DNA of 32,000 nucleotides from Phycisphaera mikurensis NBRC 102666. GTDB lineage: Bacteria; Planctomycetota; Phycisphaerae; Phycisphaerales; Phycisphaeraceae. The stretch spans positions 60,001 to 92,000 of the forward strand of contig NC_017080.1 of NCBI RefSeq assembly GCF_000284115.1, in the 5' to 3' direction. Shown here one piece after another: positions 23,481 to 31,323 of the stretch; position 1 is the stretch's first letter, and the number at the start of each line of letters is the position of its first letter. A program made the translations under genes and the position numbers. Under the pieces are notes generated by a model, which saw only the letters and a list, made by a program, of their open reading frames with translations, searched no databases and was not told the DNA's origin.

Positions 23481-24060
23481 GGGGCGGGGTCGCCTTCGCG
23501 AGGGTCGTGTGGTCCCTCGGCATCGAACAGCGACACGTCGGCGCGGTACTGAAAGCGGCGGCTGCGCTTCTGCCCGGTGATCTCCTCCAGGATGCGGAGC
23601 TCCTCGAACTCGGCGACCGGGTTCTTCGCCGCGGCGTACTCGAGCCCGGTCACCTCCCGCACGTGCCGGACCGAGACGATCGGCTGGCGGAACGGCGACT
23701 CGATCACGCGGTGCCCGTGCGCCGCCGGGCGGCCCAGCGCGGAGGTGAGCCGGTCGCGATCGCGCTCCCGGAGCGTCAGATGGACGCTTCCGCGGAAAGA
23801 GCGTCCCGCAGCGAGCTCTGCGTCCCCTCGATCTGGCTGGAGAGCACGGCCTCCTTCCGCACGTGCATGAAGACGAGGAAATCGGGGTGGGGCAGCGTCG
23901 TGATCGATCCGTCGAGGCGACCCGGAGCATGGTCGGCCACCGAGAGACGCTCCTGGAGCCGGCCGGAGAGCCAGGCCGGCGGGAGGCAGGGCGCAGGGCA
24001 GAAAGGCCCGGTGCCCGCCGCTCTGGGGGACGCACCGGCCCGCCCGGGTGGCGTTCTGCT
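23477..24060 (-). pseudogene. Fic/DOC-family gene remnant: the Fic_N segment and the C-terminal winged-helix segment lie in different frames and the catalytic core is absent
   Basis: The frame of ORF 23776..24093 reads …GRLDGSITTLPHPDFLVFMHVRKEAVLSSQIEGTQSSLRDAL, a Fic_N signature. The frame of ORF 23477..24097 reads …FRQPIVSVRHVREVTGLEYAAAKNPVAEFEELRILEEITGQKRSRRFQY, the Fic C-terminal wHTH signature. No HPFxxGNGR motif occurs in any frame between them, and the whole locus is only about 0.6 kb. Confidence 0.6.
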
Positions 24061-24181
24061 CGGACGATGCGGCCATGGTGCCGGCTCGATCACGCATGGA
24101 GCGGAAAGCGTTCCATGCGATGCGGGGTAGCGTAGGGAACCAGAACCTCGGTGTGTGCTCCCGGAGAGCGCATCGTGTTCC

Positions 24182-25180
24182 TCACCGCGCCGCCCACGCC
24201 GCGGCGAGCGTCGCCGCGCCTAGGGCCCAGGTCACCGGGTCGCGGACGAGGAAGGTGAGCGGGTCGCCGTGGATGCGGCCGCGGTGGGCGAGGAACCAGA
24301 GGCGGTTGAGGCCGAACAGCACGAGGCCGACGACGATGGCGAGGCGGCGGGGGTGGGCGTAGAGGGCCCGGACGGCGTCGCTGGAGAGGTAGAGGGTGAG
24401 CACGACGCCGGCGGACCAGGCGCTCGCGACGCCCATGGCGAGTACCAGCGGGGCGTCGGACGGTTGCCAACCTCGGCCGGGAACGGCCTCGGCAGATGTC
24501 CCGGGAGAATGCTCGCGCACGGCGGATCCGAAGAGCGTGAGCAGCTCGGCGTAGCGCTTGCCCAGGGCGAGGGTGAGGAAGACGGCCCCGGCGAAGCCGA
24601 GCAGCCAGGGGCTCGGGAAGAGGCCGACCACGAAGCCGCCGGCGAGCAGGCGGGCGAGGTAGAAGCCCGAGAGGCAGGCGACGTCGACGATGGGTTCGCG
24701 TTTCAGGCGGAGGCTGTAGGCGAAGGCGAGCGTGGCGTAGCCGAGCAGCGTGGCGGCGAAGCCGGCGGGGCTGGGGGCGGTGGCGCCGGGGGCGGCGGCA
24801 ACCGGCGGGTCGACCAGAAAGAGCGCGGCGGTGAGGGCGGCGGCGAGGAGGAGCAGGCCGGGGACGGCGGCTTTGGCGACGCCGGGCCGGAGGCGGCCGG
24901 AGGCGATCGGCCGCTCCCGCTTGGTGGGGTGGAGGCGGTCGGCGTCGGCGTCGAGCAGGTCGTTGACCAGGTAGACGACGCTGGCGACGGCGCTGAACGC
25001 CGCGGCGGCGAGGGCGACGGCGAGCCAGCGGGTGCCGTCGCCGGCGGCGTGGCCGGCGAGCATCGGCACGGCGACCAGCAGGTTTTTGGGCCACTGCCGC
25101 GGGCGGCAGGCGGCGAGGAGCGCCGCCCCCCGTGCCGCTCGAGCCGCAACGCCGGTCGGGTTCGAGGGGGAAGCAGCCAA
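24182..25180 (-). CDS. UbiA-family prenyl-phosphate phosphoribosyltransferase (decaprenyl-phosphate 5-phosphoribosyltransferase-like)
   Basis: The C-terminal 332 codons of track ORF 24182..26515 read …RPRQWPKNLLVAVPMLAGH…VVYLVNDLLDADADRLHPTKRERPIASGRL… The NDxxD and HPTKRxRPIA motifs match the Rv3806c-type enzymes, with about 8-9 TM segments. The start is assigned to the TTG at 25180-25178 (uncertain). The upstream part of the track ORF is antisense to the divergent gene. Confidence 0.85.
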   Translation of the reverse strand: MAASPSNPTGVAARAARGAALLAACRPRQWPKNLLVAVPMLAGHAAGDGTRWLAVALAAAAFSAVASVVYLVNDLLDADADRLHPTKRERPIASGRLRPGVAKAAVPGLLLLAAALTAALFLVDPPVAAAPGATAPSPAGFAATLLGYATLAFAYSLRLKREPIVDVACLSGFYLARLLAGGFVVGLFPSPWLLGFAGAVFLTLALGKRYAELLTLFGSAVREHSPGTSAEAVPGRGWQPSDAPLVLAMGVASAWSAGVVLTLYLSSDAVRALYAHPRRLAIVVGLVLFGLNRLWFLAHRGRIHGDPLTFLVRDPVTWALGAATLAAAWAAR

Positions 25181-25264
25181 GGGAATCCGCGGACCGTGGG
25201 CGATTCGGGCCGTTTCCGTCGACGGTCCGCGGCGCGGGAGCGCCGTGTCGGTCAAGCTACCCCC

Positions 25265-26593
25265 GTGGAGCCCCGACGCCCCCCGGAAACGAAGCGGCCA
25301 CGCGGGCTCGTCGGGTTCGCGTGGGCGGTGCTGGCGGTCGCGGGGATCCTGCTGCTCGTGCGTGGCGTGCTGCCGGGGCTGGCGTTCTCGGGCGACTTCA
25401 CGATGATCCACGCGGGGGCGAGCGTGTGGCTCGACGGCGGGAACCCCTACGACTTCGACACGCTCTACAACGGCTGGAAGGCCGACGGTGGCGGGAGCGA
25501 GCGGCCGCGGGAGGAGCGCTGGTTCGTCGCGCTGTACCCGCCCACGACCTACGCGGCGCTGGCCCCGGTCGGGGCGCTGGGCTGGCCGGCGGGGCGTGCG
25601 GCGTGGGTGCTGCTTTCGGGGCTGTCGGTGGCGGGGGTGGCGGCCTGGGGGGCGGCGTGGCTGCGCCGGAACCCAACGCACCCCCCAAGGGGCGTGGCAC
25701 CCGAGCGTGCGAGGCCGTGGCTCGTGCTGCTGCTGGCGGCGTGGCTGTCGGCGGGGCCGGTCGCGACGACGCTGGAGTTCGGGCAGCTGGGGCTGGTGGT
25801 GCTGGCGCTGGTGGCGCTCGCGGTGGGCACGCCCGGCTGGCGGCCGCCGGCCTGGGCGGCGGGGGCGGCGCTGGCGGGGGCGGGCTGCGTCAAGCCGCAG
25901 CTCGCGGGGGTGTTCGCGCTCGGCTTCGTGGCGCTGGGCCGCTGGCGGGAGCTGGCGTGGACGCTGGGCGTGGGTTCCGCGATCGCGGCGGTGGCGGTGC
26001 TGCGGCTGGAGGCGGCGGGGGTGGCGTGGGCGACCGGGCTGCTCGACAACGTGCGCCGCTTCGCGGGCACGGGCTTCGCCGATCCGTCGCCGGCGAACCG
26101 GGTGGCCTGGCAGATGGTGAACCTCGAGCCGCTGTGGCGGCGCTTCTTCAGCGGGGGGGCGCCCGTCGGCGTGGCGGCGGTGTGGGCCGTGGCCGCCGCG
26201 GGGGTGGCGTGGCGGGTGCGGAAGCGGGCCGGGCCCGCGGGCGGCTTCACGCTGTGGGTGATGTCGGTGGCGTCGGTGGTGACGCTGCTGATCGCCTACC
26301 ACCGCGCGTACGACGCGGTGCTGCTGGCGGTGCCGGCGGTGTGGGCGGTGCGGGGCCTGCTCGCGGGCGGGCGGCTGGCCCCCGCGGCGGTGCTGGTGGG
26401 CGTCGCGTTCTTCTGGCCGCCGGTGCCGGAGCTGCTGAACCACCTGGCCTTCCGCGGGTGGCTGCCGCGGTCGCAGCGCTGGCCGTTCGTGTTGGAGACG
26501 GCGGTGATGTTCCACCGGCCGGGGGTGCTGGTGGGGGTGCTGGGGGTGCTGCTGGGGGTCCGTTCGCGACCGGGCGATGGTCGGACACGCTGA
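25265..26593 (+). CDS. GT-C fold glycosyltransferase, GT87/DUF2029-like (paralog 3 of 3)
   Basis: The GTG at 25265 gives (M)EPRRPPETKRPRGLVGFAWAVLAVAGILLLV…GDFTMIHAGASVWLDGGNPYDFDTLY…ALYPPTTYAALAPVGALGWPAGRAAW…GCVKPQLAGVFALGFVALGRWR. This is co-linear with paralog 2. The first 332 codons of track ORF 24269..26593 are antisense to the UbiA gene. Confidence 0.8.
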   Translation: MEPRRPPETKRPRGLVGFAWAVLAVAGILLLVRGVLPGLAFSGDFTMIHAGASVWLDGGNPYDFDTLYNGWKADGGGSERPREERWFVALYPPTTYAALAPVGALGWPAGRAAWVLLSGLSVAGVAAWGAAWLRRNPTHPPRGVAPERARPWLVLLLAAWLSAGPVATTLEFGQLGLVVLALVALAVGTPGWRPPAWAAGAALAGAGCVKPQLAGVFALGFVALGRWRELAWTLGVGSAIAAVAVLRLEAAGVAWATGLLDNVRRFAGTGFADPSPANRVAWQMVNLEPLWRRFFSGGAPVGVAAVWAVAAAGVAWRVRKRAGPAGGFTLWVMSVASVVTLLIAYHRAYDAVLLAVPAVWAVRGLLAGGRLAPAAVLVGVAFFWPPVPELLNHLAFRGWLPRSQRWPFVLETAVMFHRPGVLVGVLGVLLGVRSRPGDGRTR

Positions 26594-26762
26594 CGCGGAC
26601 GGGGATGCCGGAGGCGGTGCGGAGGTGCGATCCCGCGGGTGCGTGCTGCGGAGCGGGACACGCTCGCGTGCTCGACGGCGCCCGCGGAGGAGCGGCGGAA
26701 GGGCCCGACAGGCGTCGCCGGCACGGCGTTTCCGGGGTCAACTCCGGCCGGAACGCTGGGCC

Positions 26763-27422
26763 TCAGGCGGCGGGGATCATGCCGCGATCGGTCAAGAGGG
26801 CGATCAGCCGCTCGACGGCCTCGGGCAGGGGCGTGGTGTCGGTGTCGAGGCGGAGGTCGGGGTTTCGCGGCTCCTCGTAGGGGTCGTCGATGCCGGTGAA
26901 GCCCTGGATCTCGCCGGCGCGGGCCTTCTTGTAGAGGCCCTTGGGGTCGCGGGCCTCGGCGACGGAGAGCGGGACGGCGACGTGCACCTCGGCGTAGGGC
27001 ACGCCCGCTCCGCGGTGGAGGGCCGCGACGCGGTCGCGGTCCCTCGCGTAGGGCGAGACGAAGCTGGCGAGGCAGACCAGGCCCGCCTCGGCCTGGAGCT
27101 TCGCGACCTCGCCGATGCGGCGGATGTTCTCGGCGCGGTCCTCGGCGGAGAAGCCCAGGTTCGAGCAGAGCCCCATGCGGACGTTGTCGCCGTCGAGCCG
27201 GGCGGCGTGCCGGCCGCGTGCGACCAGCGCCTTCTCCAGGGCGACGGCGACGGTGGACTTGCCCGAGCCCGAGAGCCCGGTGAACCAGACGGTGCCGCCC
27301 CGCTGCCCGAGGCTGGCCGCCCGCTCCTGGGCCGTCACCTCGCCGGCGTGGAAGGTGAGGTTCCCGCCGCCGCCGGTCTCCACGCCGGCGGCCGGGGCGT
27401 CGGGCTCGTGCTTGTCGCTCAT
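26763..27422 (-). CDS. cysC: Adenylyl-sulfate (APS) kinase
   Basis: VWFTGLSGSGKSTVA is the P-loop. LDGDNVR, NLGFSAEDRAENIRRIGEVAKL, FVSPY and ARAGEIQGFTGIDDPYE follow the canonical CysC motif order. Confidence 0.95.
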   Translation of the reverse strand: MSDKHEPDAPAAGVETGGGGNLTFHAGEVTAQERAASLGQRGGTVWFTGLSGSGKSTVAVALEKALVARGRHAARLDGDNVRMGLCSNLGFSAEDRAENIRRIGEVAKLQAEAGLVCLASFVSPYARDRDRVAALHRGAGVPYAEVHVAVPLSVAEARDPKGLYKKARAGEIQGFTGIDDPYEEPRNPDLRLDTDTTPLPEAVERLIALLTDRGMIPAA

Positions 27423-27482
27423 GGGGCCGTTGTCGGCGATCCGATGCGGTTTGGCAACCCGGCGGCCCGTTGCCGCTTATCA

Positions 27483-28058
27483 ATGCCGTGGCCGTGCCCG
27501 CTCCCGATCGAGGCAAAAATGCTCAAGCTCCTGCCCGAACCGCTGTCCGAACCGCTCGCTCCCGTGTTCGACGCGTTGCCGCTGGGCCGGGCGCTGCGGG
27601 AGCTGGTGGTGCGGGCACCGCTGGGCGGAGCGCCGCACGCGGCCGTCGCGGCGGCCGTGGGCGACCCCGCCGTGGCGGATCGTCCCGAGCTCGCGGCGGC
27701 GCTGTGGCTGTACGTGGACGACCTCGACCGGGCCCACGACCTGGTGCAGGCCCTGCACACGCCGACCGGCTCGCTCCTCCACGCGATCCTGCACCGGCGG
27801 GAGGGCGACTTCCCCAACGCGCTGTACTGGTACCGCAAGGCGGGCCACCACCCCGCCTTCGCACGCATCGACCTCACCGGCGGCGGCGCGGGCTCGGGGA
27901 CGGCGGTCGCCCGCTACGAGGCCGGCCGCTTCGTCGAGCAGGTGCAGCACGCGGTGGAGACGAAGAACCCGGAGAACCCGGCGCTGGTCAGCCAGCAGAA
28001 CAAGGAGTGGGTGGCGCTGTTCGGGTGGCTGATCGAGAACCCGTCGCCGACGGAGTGA
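27483..28058 (+). CDS. Conserved hypothetical protein
   Basis: The protein-like C-terminal part of track ORF 26577..28058 reads …LWLYVDDLDRAHDLVQALHTPTGSLLHAILHRREGDFPNALYWYRKAGHHPAF…QQNKEWVALFGWLIE. The first ATG after the divergent cysC start is at 27483, with an alternative at 27519. No family name was recognised. Confidence 0.6.
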   Translation: MPWPCPLPIEAKMLKLLPEPLSEPLAPVFDALPLGRALRELVVRAPLGGAPHAAVAAAVGDPAVADRPELAAALWLYVDDLDRAHDLVQALHTPTGSLLHAILHRREGDFPNALYWYRKAGHHPAFARIDLTGGGAGSGTAVARYEAGRFVEQVQHAVETKNPENPALVSQQNKEWVALFGWLIENPSPTE

Positions 28059-28158
28059 CCGCACCCGGCCGGCCGGCCGGCGGGGCCGCGGCGTCGGCCG
28101 GGAGCAAAGCCCCGCGTTCGCCGGGCCCCTACGCTGCGTCGCCCCCCGGGGGACGCCC

Positions 28159-28232
28159 GACCGGGTAGCTCAATTGGTTAGAGCATCGGCCTTTTAAGCC
28201 GCTGGTTCTGGGTTCGAGTCCCAGCCTGGTCA
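28159..28232 (+). tRNA. tRNA-Lys (anticodon UUU)
   Basis: A cloverleaf was folded by hand. The acceptor stem is GACCGGG/CCTGGTC (one G-U pair). The D arm is GCTC-AATTGGTTA-GAGC. The anticodon arm is TCGGC-CTTTTAA-GCCGC, with anticodon TTT at 28193-28195. The variable loop is TGGTT and the T arm is CTGGG-TTCGAGT-CCCAG. The discriminator is A, and no CCA is encoded. Confidence 0.93.
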
Positions 28233-28922
28233 ATCCGAAGCGGGGCCCGCGTCCAGCGCGACGGCGAGCAGGTTGACGAGCAGCGCCTCGGCGGCGCGGA
28301 CCTCGTTGCCGCCGCAGCAGCAGCACGGGCCCTCGACGCCGAGGGTGTCGTTGAGCCCCTCGGGGCTCCACACGAACCCGAGGCGGCCGGCCGGGCCCTC
28401 GGCCCCGCGCAGCTCGGGCAGGCGCGGCGGGCCCTTCGCGTAGGCGGAGGTCTCGACGGTGAAGACGCGCCGGAAGGCCGGGCTCGCGGCGGGCAGCCGC
28501 GGCAGCGGGAGCGTCACGCCGGGGAGCAGGGTCGGCAGGGCCGCCTCCAGCGAGGCCGTCCAGGCCGGGTCCGAGCAGCCGCTCGAGGCGATCAGCAGGC
28601 CGCTCTCGGCGACGAAGCGGCGGAGCGCTTCGGCCTCGCCCTCCCGGAAGGTGAAGGGGCCCTCGCCGGTGAGGATCGCGACCGGGTGCCGGGCGGCGGC
28701 GAGGTCCGCGGCCCGGACCCGCTCCATCGCCGGGGCGACCGCCGCGTCGGTCGCGGCGTTGAAGCCCGCGAGGAAGCGGTCGGAGAAGCACTCGCCGGAC
28801 TTGCCGCCGCCGTACGCGAGCATCGCGACGGCGGGCGGCGGATCGCCGGCGGCCGCGTCCGCGGCCGCGGCGGCGGCGAGGCCCGGGAGCAGGGCGAGCA
28901 GGAGGACCGGAACGAGCTTCAT
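28230..28922 (-). CDS. Secreted DUF4159-like protein with a C-terminal CCCC motif
   Basis: The internal ATG at 28922 gives the signal peptide MKLVPVLLLALLPGLAAAAAA. HPVAILTGEGPFTFREGEAEALRRFVAESGLLIASSGC… and …GPCCCCGGNEVRAAEALLVNLLAVAL resemble my recollection of DUF4159. The upstream part of track ORF 28230..30326 is an Arg-rich off-frame overlap. Confidence 0.65.
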   Translation of the reverse strand: MKLVPVLLLALLPGLAAAAAADAAAGDPPPAVAMLAYGGGKSGECFSDRFLAGFNAATDAAVAPAMERVRAADLAAARHPVAILTGEGPFTFREGEAEALRRFVAESGLLIASSGCSDPAWTASLEAALPTLLPGVTLPLPRLPAASPAFRRVFTVETSAYAKGPPRLPELRGAEGPAGRLGFVWSPEGLNDTLGVEGPCCCCGGNEVRAAEALLVNLLAVALDAGPASD

Positions 28923-30217
28923 GGCGGGTCGGCGGCGGGGGCGGCGGGAGCGGGCGCACCGAAGAGCGCGTCGAGGTCGTCGGCTCCGTACAGGCGGCCG
29001 ACGGCGGTGCGGCCGCTGGCGGGATCGACCAGCACGGGAACGCGGTCGGCGATCCCGGCGGCACCGAGCGCCAGCCAGGCGCTGACGTTCTCGGACACCG
29101 CGGCCCGCGCGGCACCGCGGTCCGCGTCGGTCATCGCGGGGGCCAGCTCCGCGGCGAGGGCCTCCGCCTCGTCGGCGGACGGCGGGGCGTCGCCTCCGAA
29201 CGCCGCGGCGTCGTAGCGGGCGTAGGCGGCTTCGCCCCCGGAGAGGAAGACGGCGACGCCGAGCTCGGCGAGCGTGCAGCTGTCGTCGAAGCGGGCGGGC
29301 ATGGCGCCCCGGTTGATGCCGGGGTTGCACGCGGCGTTCAAGGGGACGGGCAGCACGAACACGCGGACCCCGCGGGCGAGCAGCAGGCCGTGGGCGACGC
29401 GGCAGTGTGGGCAGGCGTAATCGACGAGCACGACGGCCCGCTCGGTGGCGTCGGCCGGGCCGATGGCGGGAACCACGGCGGGATCGACCTCCAGCCGGCC
29501 GCCGAGCAGCCGAAGCGGGGCCGCGGGGTCCGTGGGGTCCTTGGCGTCTGCGGGCGCGGCGGCGGACGCGGCCCCTCCCGCCGCCGTGTTCGCCGCGGAA
29601 TCGGCGGCGGCGGGCGCCCCCGACGCGCCCGCCTCGCGGATCGTCGCCGCCGGCGGGTTCATCACCTGGATGGCCGCGAGCGCACCGGCCGCGGCGAGGC
29701 CCAGGAGCACGCCGCCGGCCTCGATCCGCCGGGCGTCGCGCAGGAAGGTGCCGGCCGCGGCGAGGCCGCCGAGGGCGTGGGCGGCCGTGCACCAGCGGCA
29801 GAACGCCCCGATCTCGAAGGCCTGCAGGTAGAGGAACCAGGCGGCGGCGCCCAGCACCGCCGCCGCCGCCGCCTGCCGCACGAGCGGCCGGGCCCGCAGC
29901 TGCCAGCCGGCCAGGCCGGCCACCGGCAGCGTGGCCGCGATCAGCAGGACGTGCGTGAAGAAGGCGAGCATCGCCGTCTTGAGCCCCAGCACGCGTGACC
30001 AGCGGCTGCCGAGCACCTCGGCGCAGCCGCTGCCCGGCCCGCACCCCGGGGCGACGGCCCCGGCCTCGCCCGTGCCGGAGGTCAGCACGAGCGCGACCGC
30101 CAGCGCCCCCGCCGAGCAGCCGATCACGGCGAAGGCGAGCCACCGGTCGCGGCCGGCGGCGGTGGAGTCGGCGTGATCCCGCCCGGCCTCGTCGGGGTCT
30201 TGGCCGAGCAGCTCCAT
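28919..30217 (-). CDS. VKOR-family quinone reductase fused to a DsbA/thioredoxin-like domain
   Basis: The VKOR cysteines are present: the loop pair in PGCGPGSGC and the CxxC in FCRWCTAAH, within a 4-5 TM core. The C-terminal soluble domain has YACPHC, a thioredoxin-fold CxxC. There is an ATGA overlap with the downstream DUF4159-like gene. Confidence 0.85.
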   Translation of the reverse strand: MELLGQDPDEAGRDHADSTAAGRDRWLAFAVIGCSAGALAVALVLTSGTGEAGAVAPGCGPGSGCAEVLGSRWSRVLGLKTAMLAFFTHVLLIAATLPVAGLAGWQLRARPLVRQAAAAAVLGAAAWFLYLQAFEIGAFCRWCTAAHALGGLAAAGTFLRDARRIEAGGVLLGLAAAGALAAIQVMNPPAATIREAGASGAPAAADSAANTAAGGAASAAAPADAKDPTDPAAPLRLLGGRLEVDPAVVPAIGPADATERAVVLVDYACPHCRVAHGLLLARGVRVFVLPVPLNAACNPGINRGAMPARFDDSCTLAELGVAVFLSGGEAAYARYDAAAFGGDAPPSADEAEALAAELAPAMTDADRGAARAAVSENVSAWLALGAAGIADRVPVLVDPASGRTAVGRLYGADDLDALFGAPAPAAPAADPP

Positions 30218-30554
30218 GGCCGCAGAGCCTAGGGACGCCCCGCGGCGCGGGGAGGCTCCCGCGACGCTGCGCCCGGTCCTGCGGGATCAAGACGGCGCGA
30301 TCGGGGCGCGCCCTGAACTCGTACACGCGCCCCGGCGCCGCGGACGGCGGCGGTTTCCGGGCCGCCGGCGTCGCGGTCCGCGGCGGCGGCGCAGCGGTCT
30401 CGCGACCGGGAGCGGGCCGCTACATTCCGCCCGGCCGCCCCGGCGTCACGCCCGGGACGCGCGGCCCGCTCCGCCCGCCGTCCCCCACCCCGGCGGGCCC
30501 CGTCGGGCGGAGAGCCCCGGGTTCACGCATCCTCACCCGCCGGAGGCGAAGGTT

Positions 30555-31271
30555 TTGGCCGGACACAGCAAATGGGCCAACATCAAGCACCGCAAGGCCC
30601 GGCAGGACGCCAAGCGGAGCAAGATCTGGTCGAAGTGCTCCCGCGCGATCATCGTCGCCGCCAAGCACGGCGGCGGTGACCCCGACCAGAACCTCACCCT
30701 CCGCTACGCGGTGGACGAGGCGAAGGCGGCGAACATGCCCAAGGACACGATCGCCAAGGCGATCGAGAAGGGCGCCGGCGGCAGCGACGGCGACGACTAC
30801 GAGGAGGTCGTCTACGAGGGCTACGGCCCCGCGGGCGTGGCGGTGTACGTCGAGACGCTGACCGACAACCGAAACCGCACCGTGCCCGAGCTCCGCAAGA
30901 TGTTCGAGAAGTGCGGCGGGAACCTCGCCAGCGCCGGCTCGGTGGCCTTCACCTTCGAGCGGAAGGGCGAGCTGTTCGTCGACGGGGCCAAAGCCGACGA
31001 GGAGAAGATCATGGACGTCGTGCTCGAGGCCGGGGCCGAGGACGTGGAGGACGCCGACGGCGCGTGGCGGATCACCACGGCCGTGGAGGACTTCCACAGG
31101 GTGCGGGCGGCCCTGGAGGCGGCGGGCCTGACGCCCGACCAGGCGGGGCTGCCCATGCTGCCGCTGAACGTCGTGGAGCTCGACGGGGAGCAGGCGGAGA
31201 AGACGGAACGCTTCCTCGACGAGCTCGACGACCACGACGACGTGCAGAAGGTGTACGCGAACAACGCTTAG
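30555..31271 (+). CDS. yebC: YebC/PmpR-family transcriptional/translational regulator
   Basis: (M)AGHSKWANIKHRKARQDAKRSKIWSK… is the invariant family N-terminus. The start is the TTG at 30555, with GGAGG at 30542-30546. Conservation is full-length (…YEGYGPAGVAVYVETLTDNRNRT…DDVQKVYAN). Confidence 0.95.
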   Translation: MAGHSKWANIKHRKARQDAKRSKIWSKCSRAIIVAAKHGGGDPDQNLTLRYAVDEAKAANMPKDTIAKAIEKGAGGSDGDDYEEVVYEGYGPAGVAVYVETLTDNRNRTVPELRKMFEKCGGNLASAGSVAFTFERKGELFVDGAKADEEKIMDVVLEAGAEDVEDADGAWRITTAVEDFHRVRAALEAAGLTPDQAGLPMLPLNVVELDGEQAEKTERFLDELDDHDDVQKVYANNA

Positions 31272-31323
31272 GGCACGGTGCCCTGCACCGCGGGCCGCGC
31301 CGCGATCGTGGGCGTGGCGGCCG

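Noticed and set aside
26716-26731. Hairpin CGCCG-GCA-CGGCG followed by TTT, in the convergent gap between GT87 paralog 3 and cysC, considered as an intrinsic terminator. The palindrome GGGCACGGTGCCC at 31271-31283 after yebC was considered similarly.
   Set aside because: The stems are only 5-6 bp and the T-tracts are negligible or absent. The 31271 palindrome would leave a 1-nt loop. In DNA this GC-rich, such structures are expected by chance.
28159-28232. tRNA-Lys as the attachment site of an integrated element
   Set aside because: There is no integrase in the window and I could find no direct repeat of the tRNA 3' end. The decay island (21.06-24.18 kb) is separated from the tRNA by apparently native genes.
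814-30326. Very long Arg/Pro/Ala/Gly-rich ORFs: 814..2067, 986..1903, 3441..4661, 6835..7941, the N-terminal parts of 7092..9479 and 12761..14728, 13181..14419, 14980..15828, 21070..21747, 21521..22402, the N-terminal part of 22429..23523, 24090..25094, the N-terminal parts of 24182..26515 and 24269..26593, 25132..26880, 26296..27516, and the N-terminal part of 28230..30326
   Set aside because: These are typical off-frame or antisense open frames of high-GC DNA. They have low-complexity RRRP-type composition and overlap protein-like genes that have recognisable motifs and better third-position GC.
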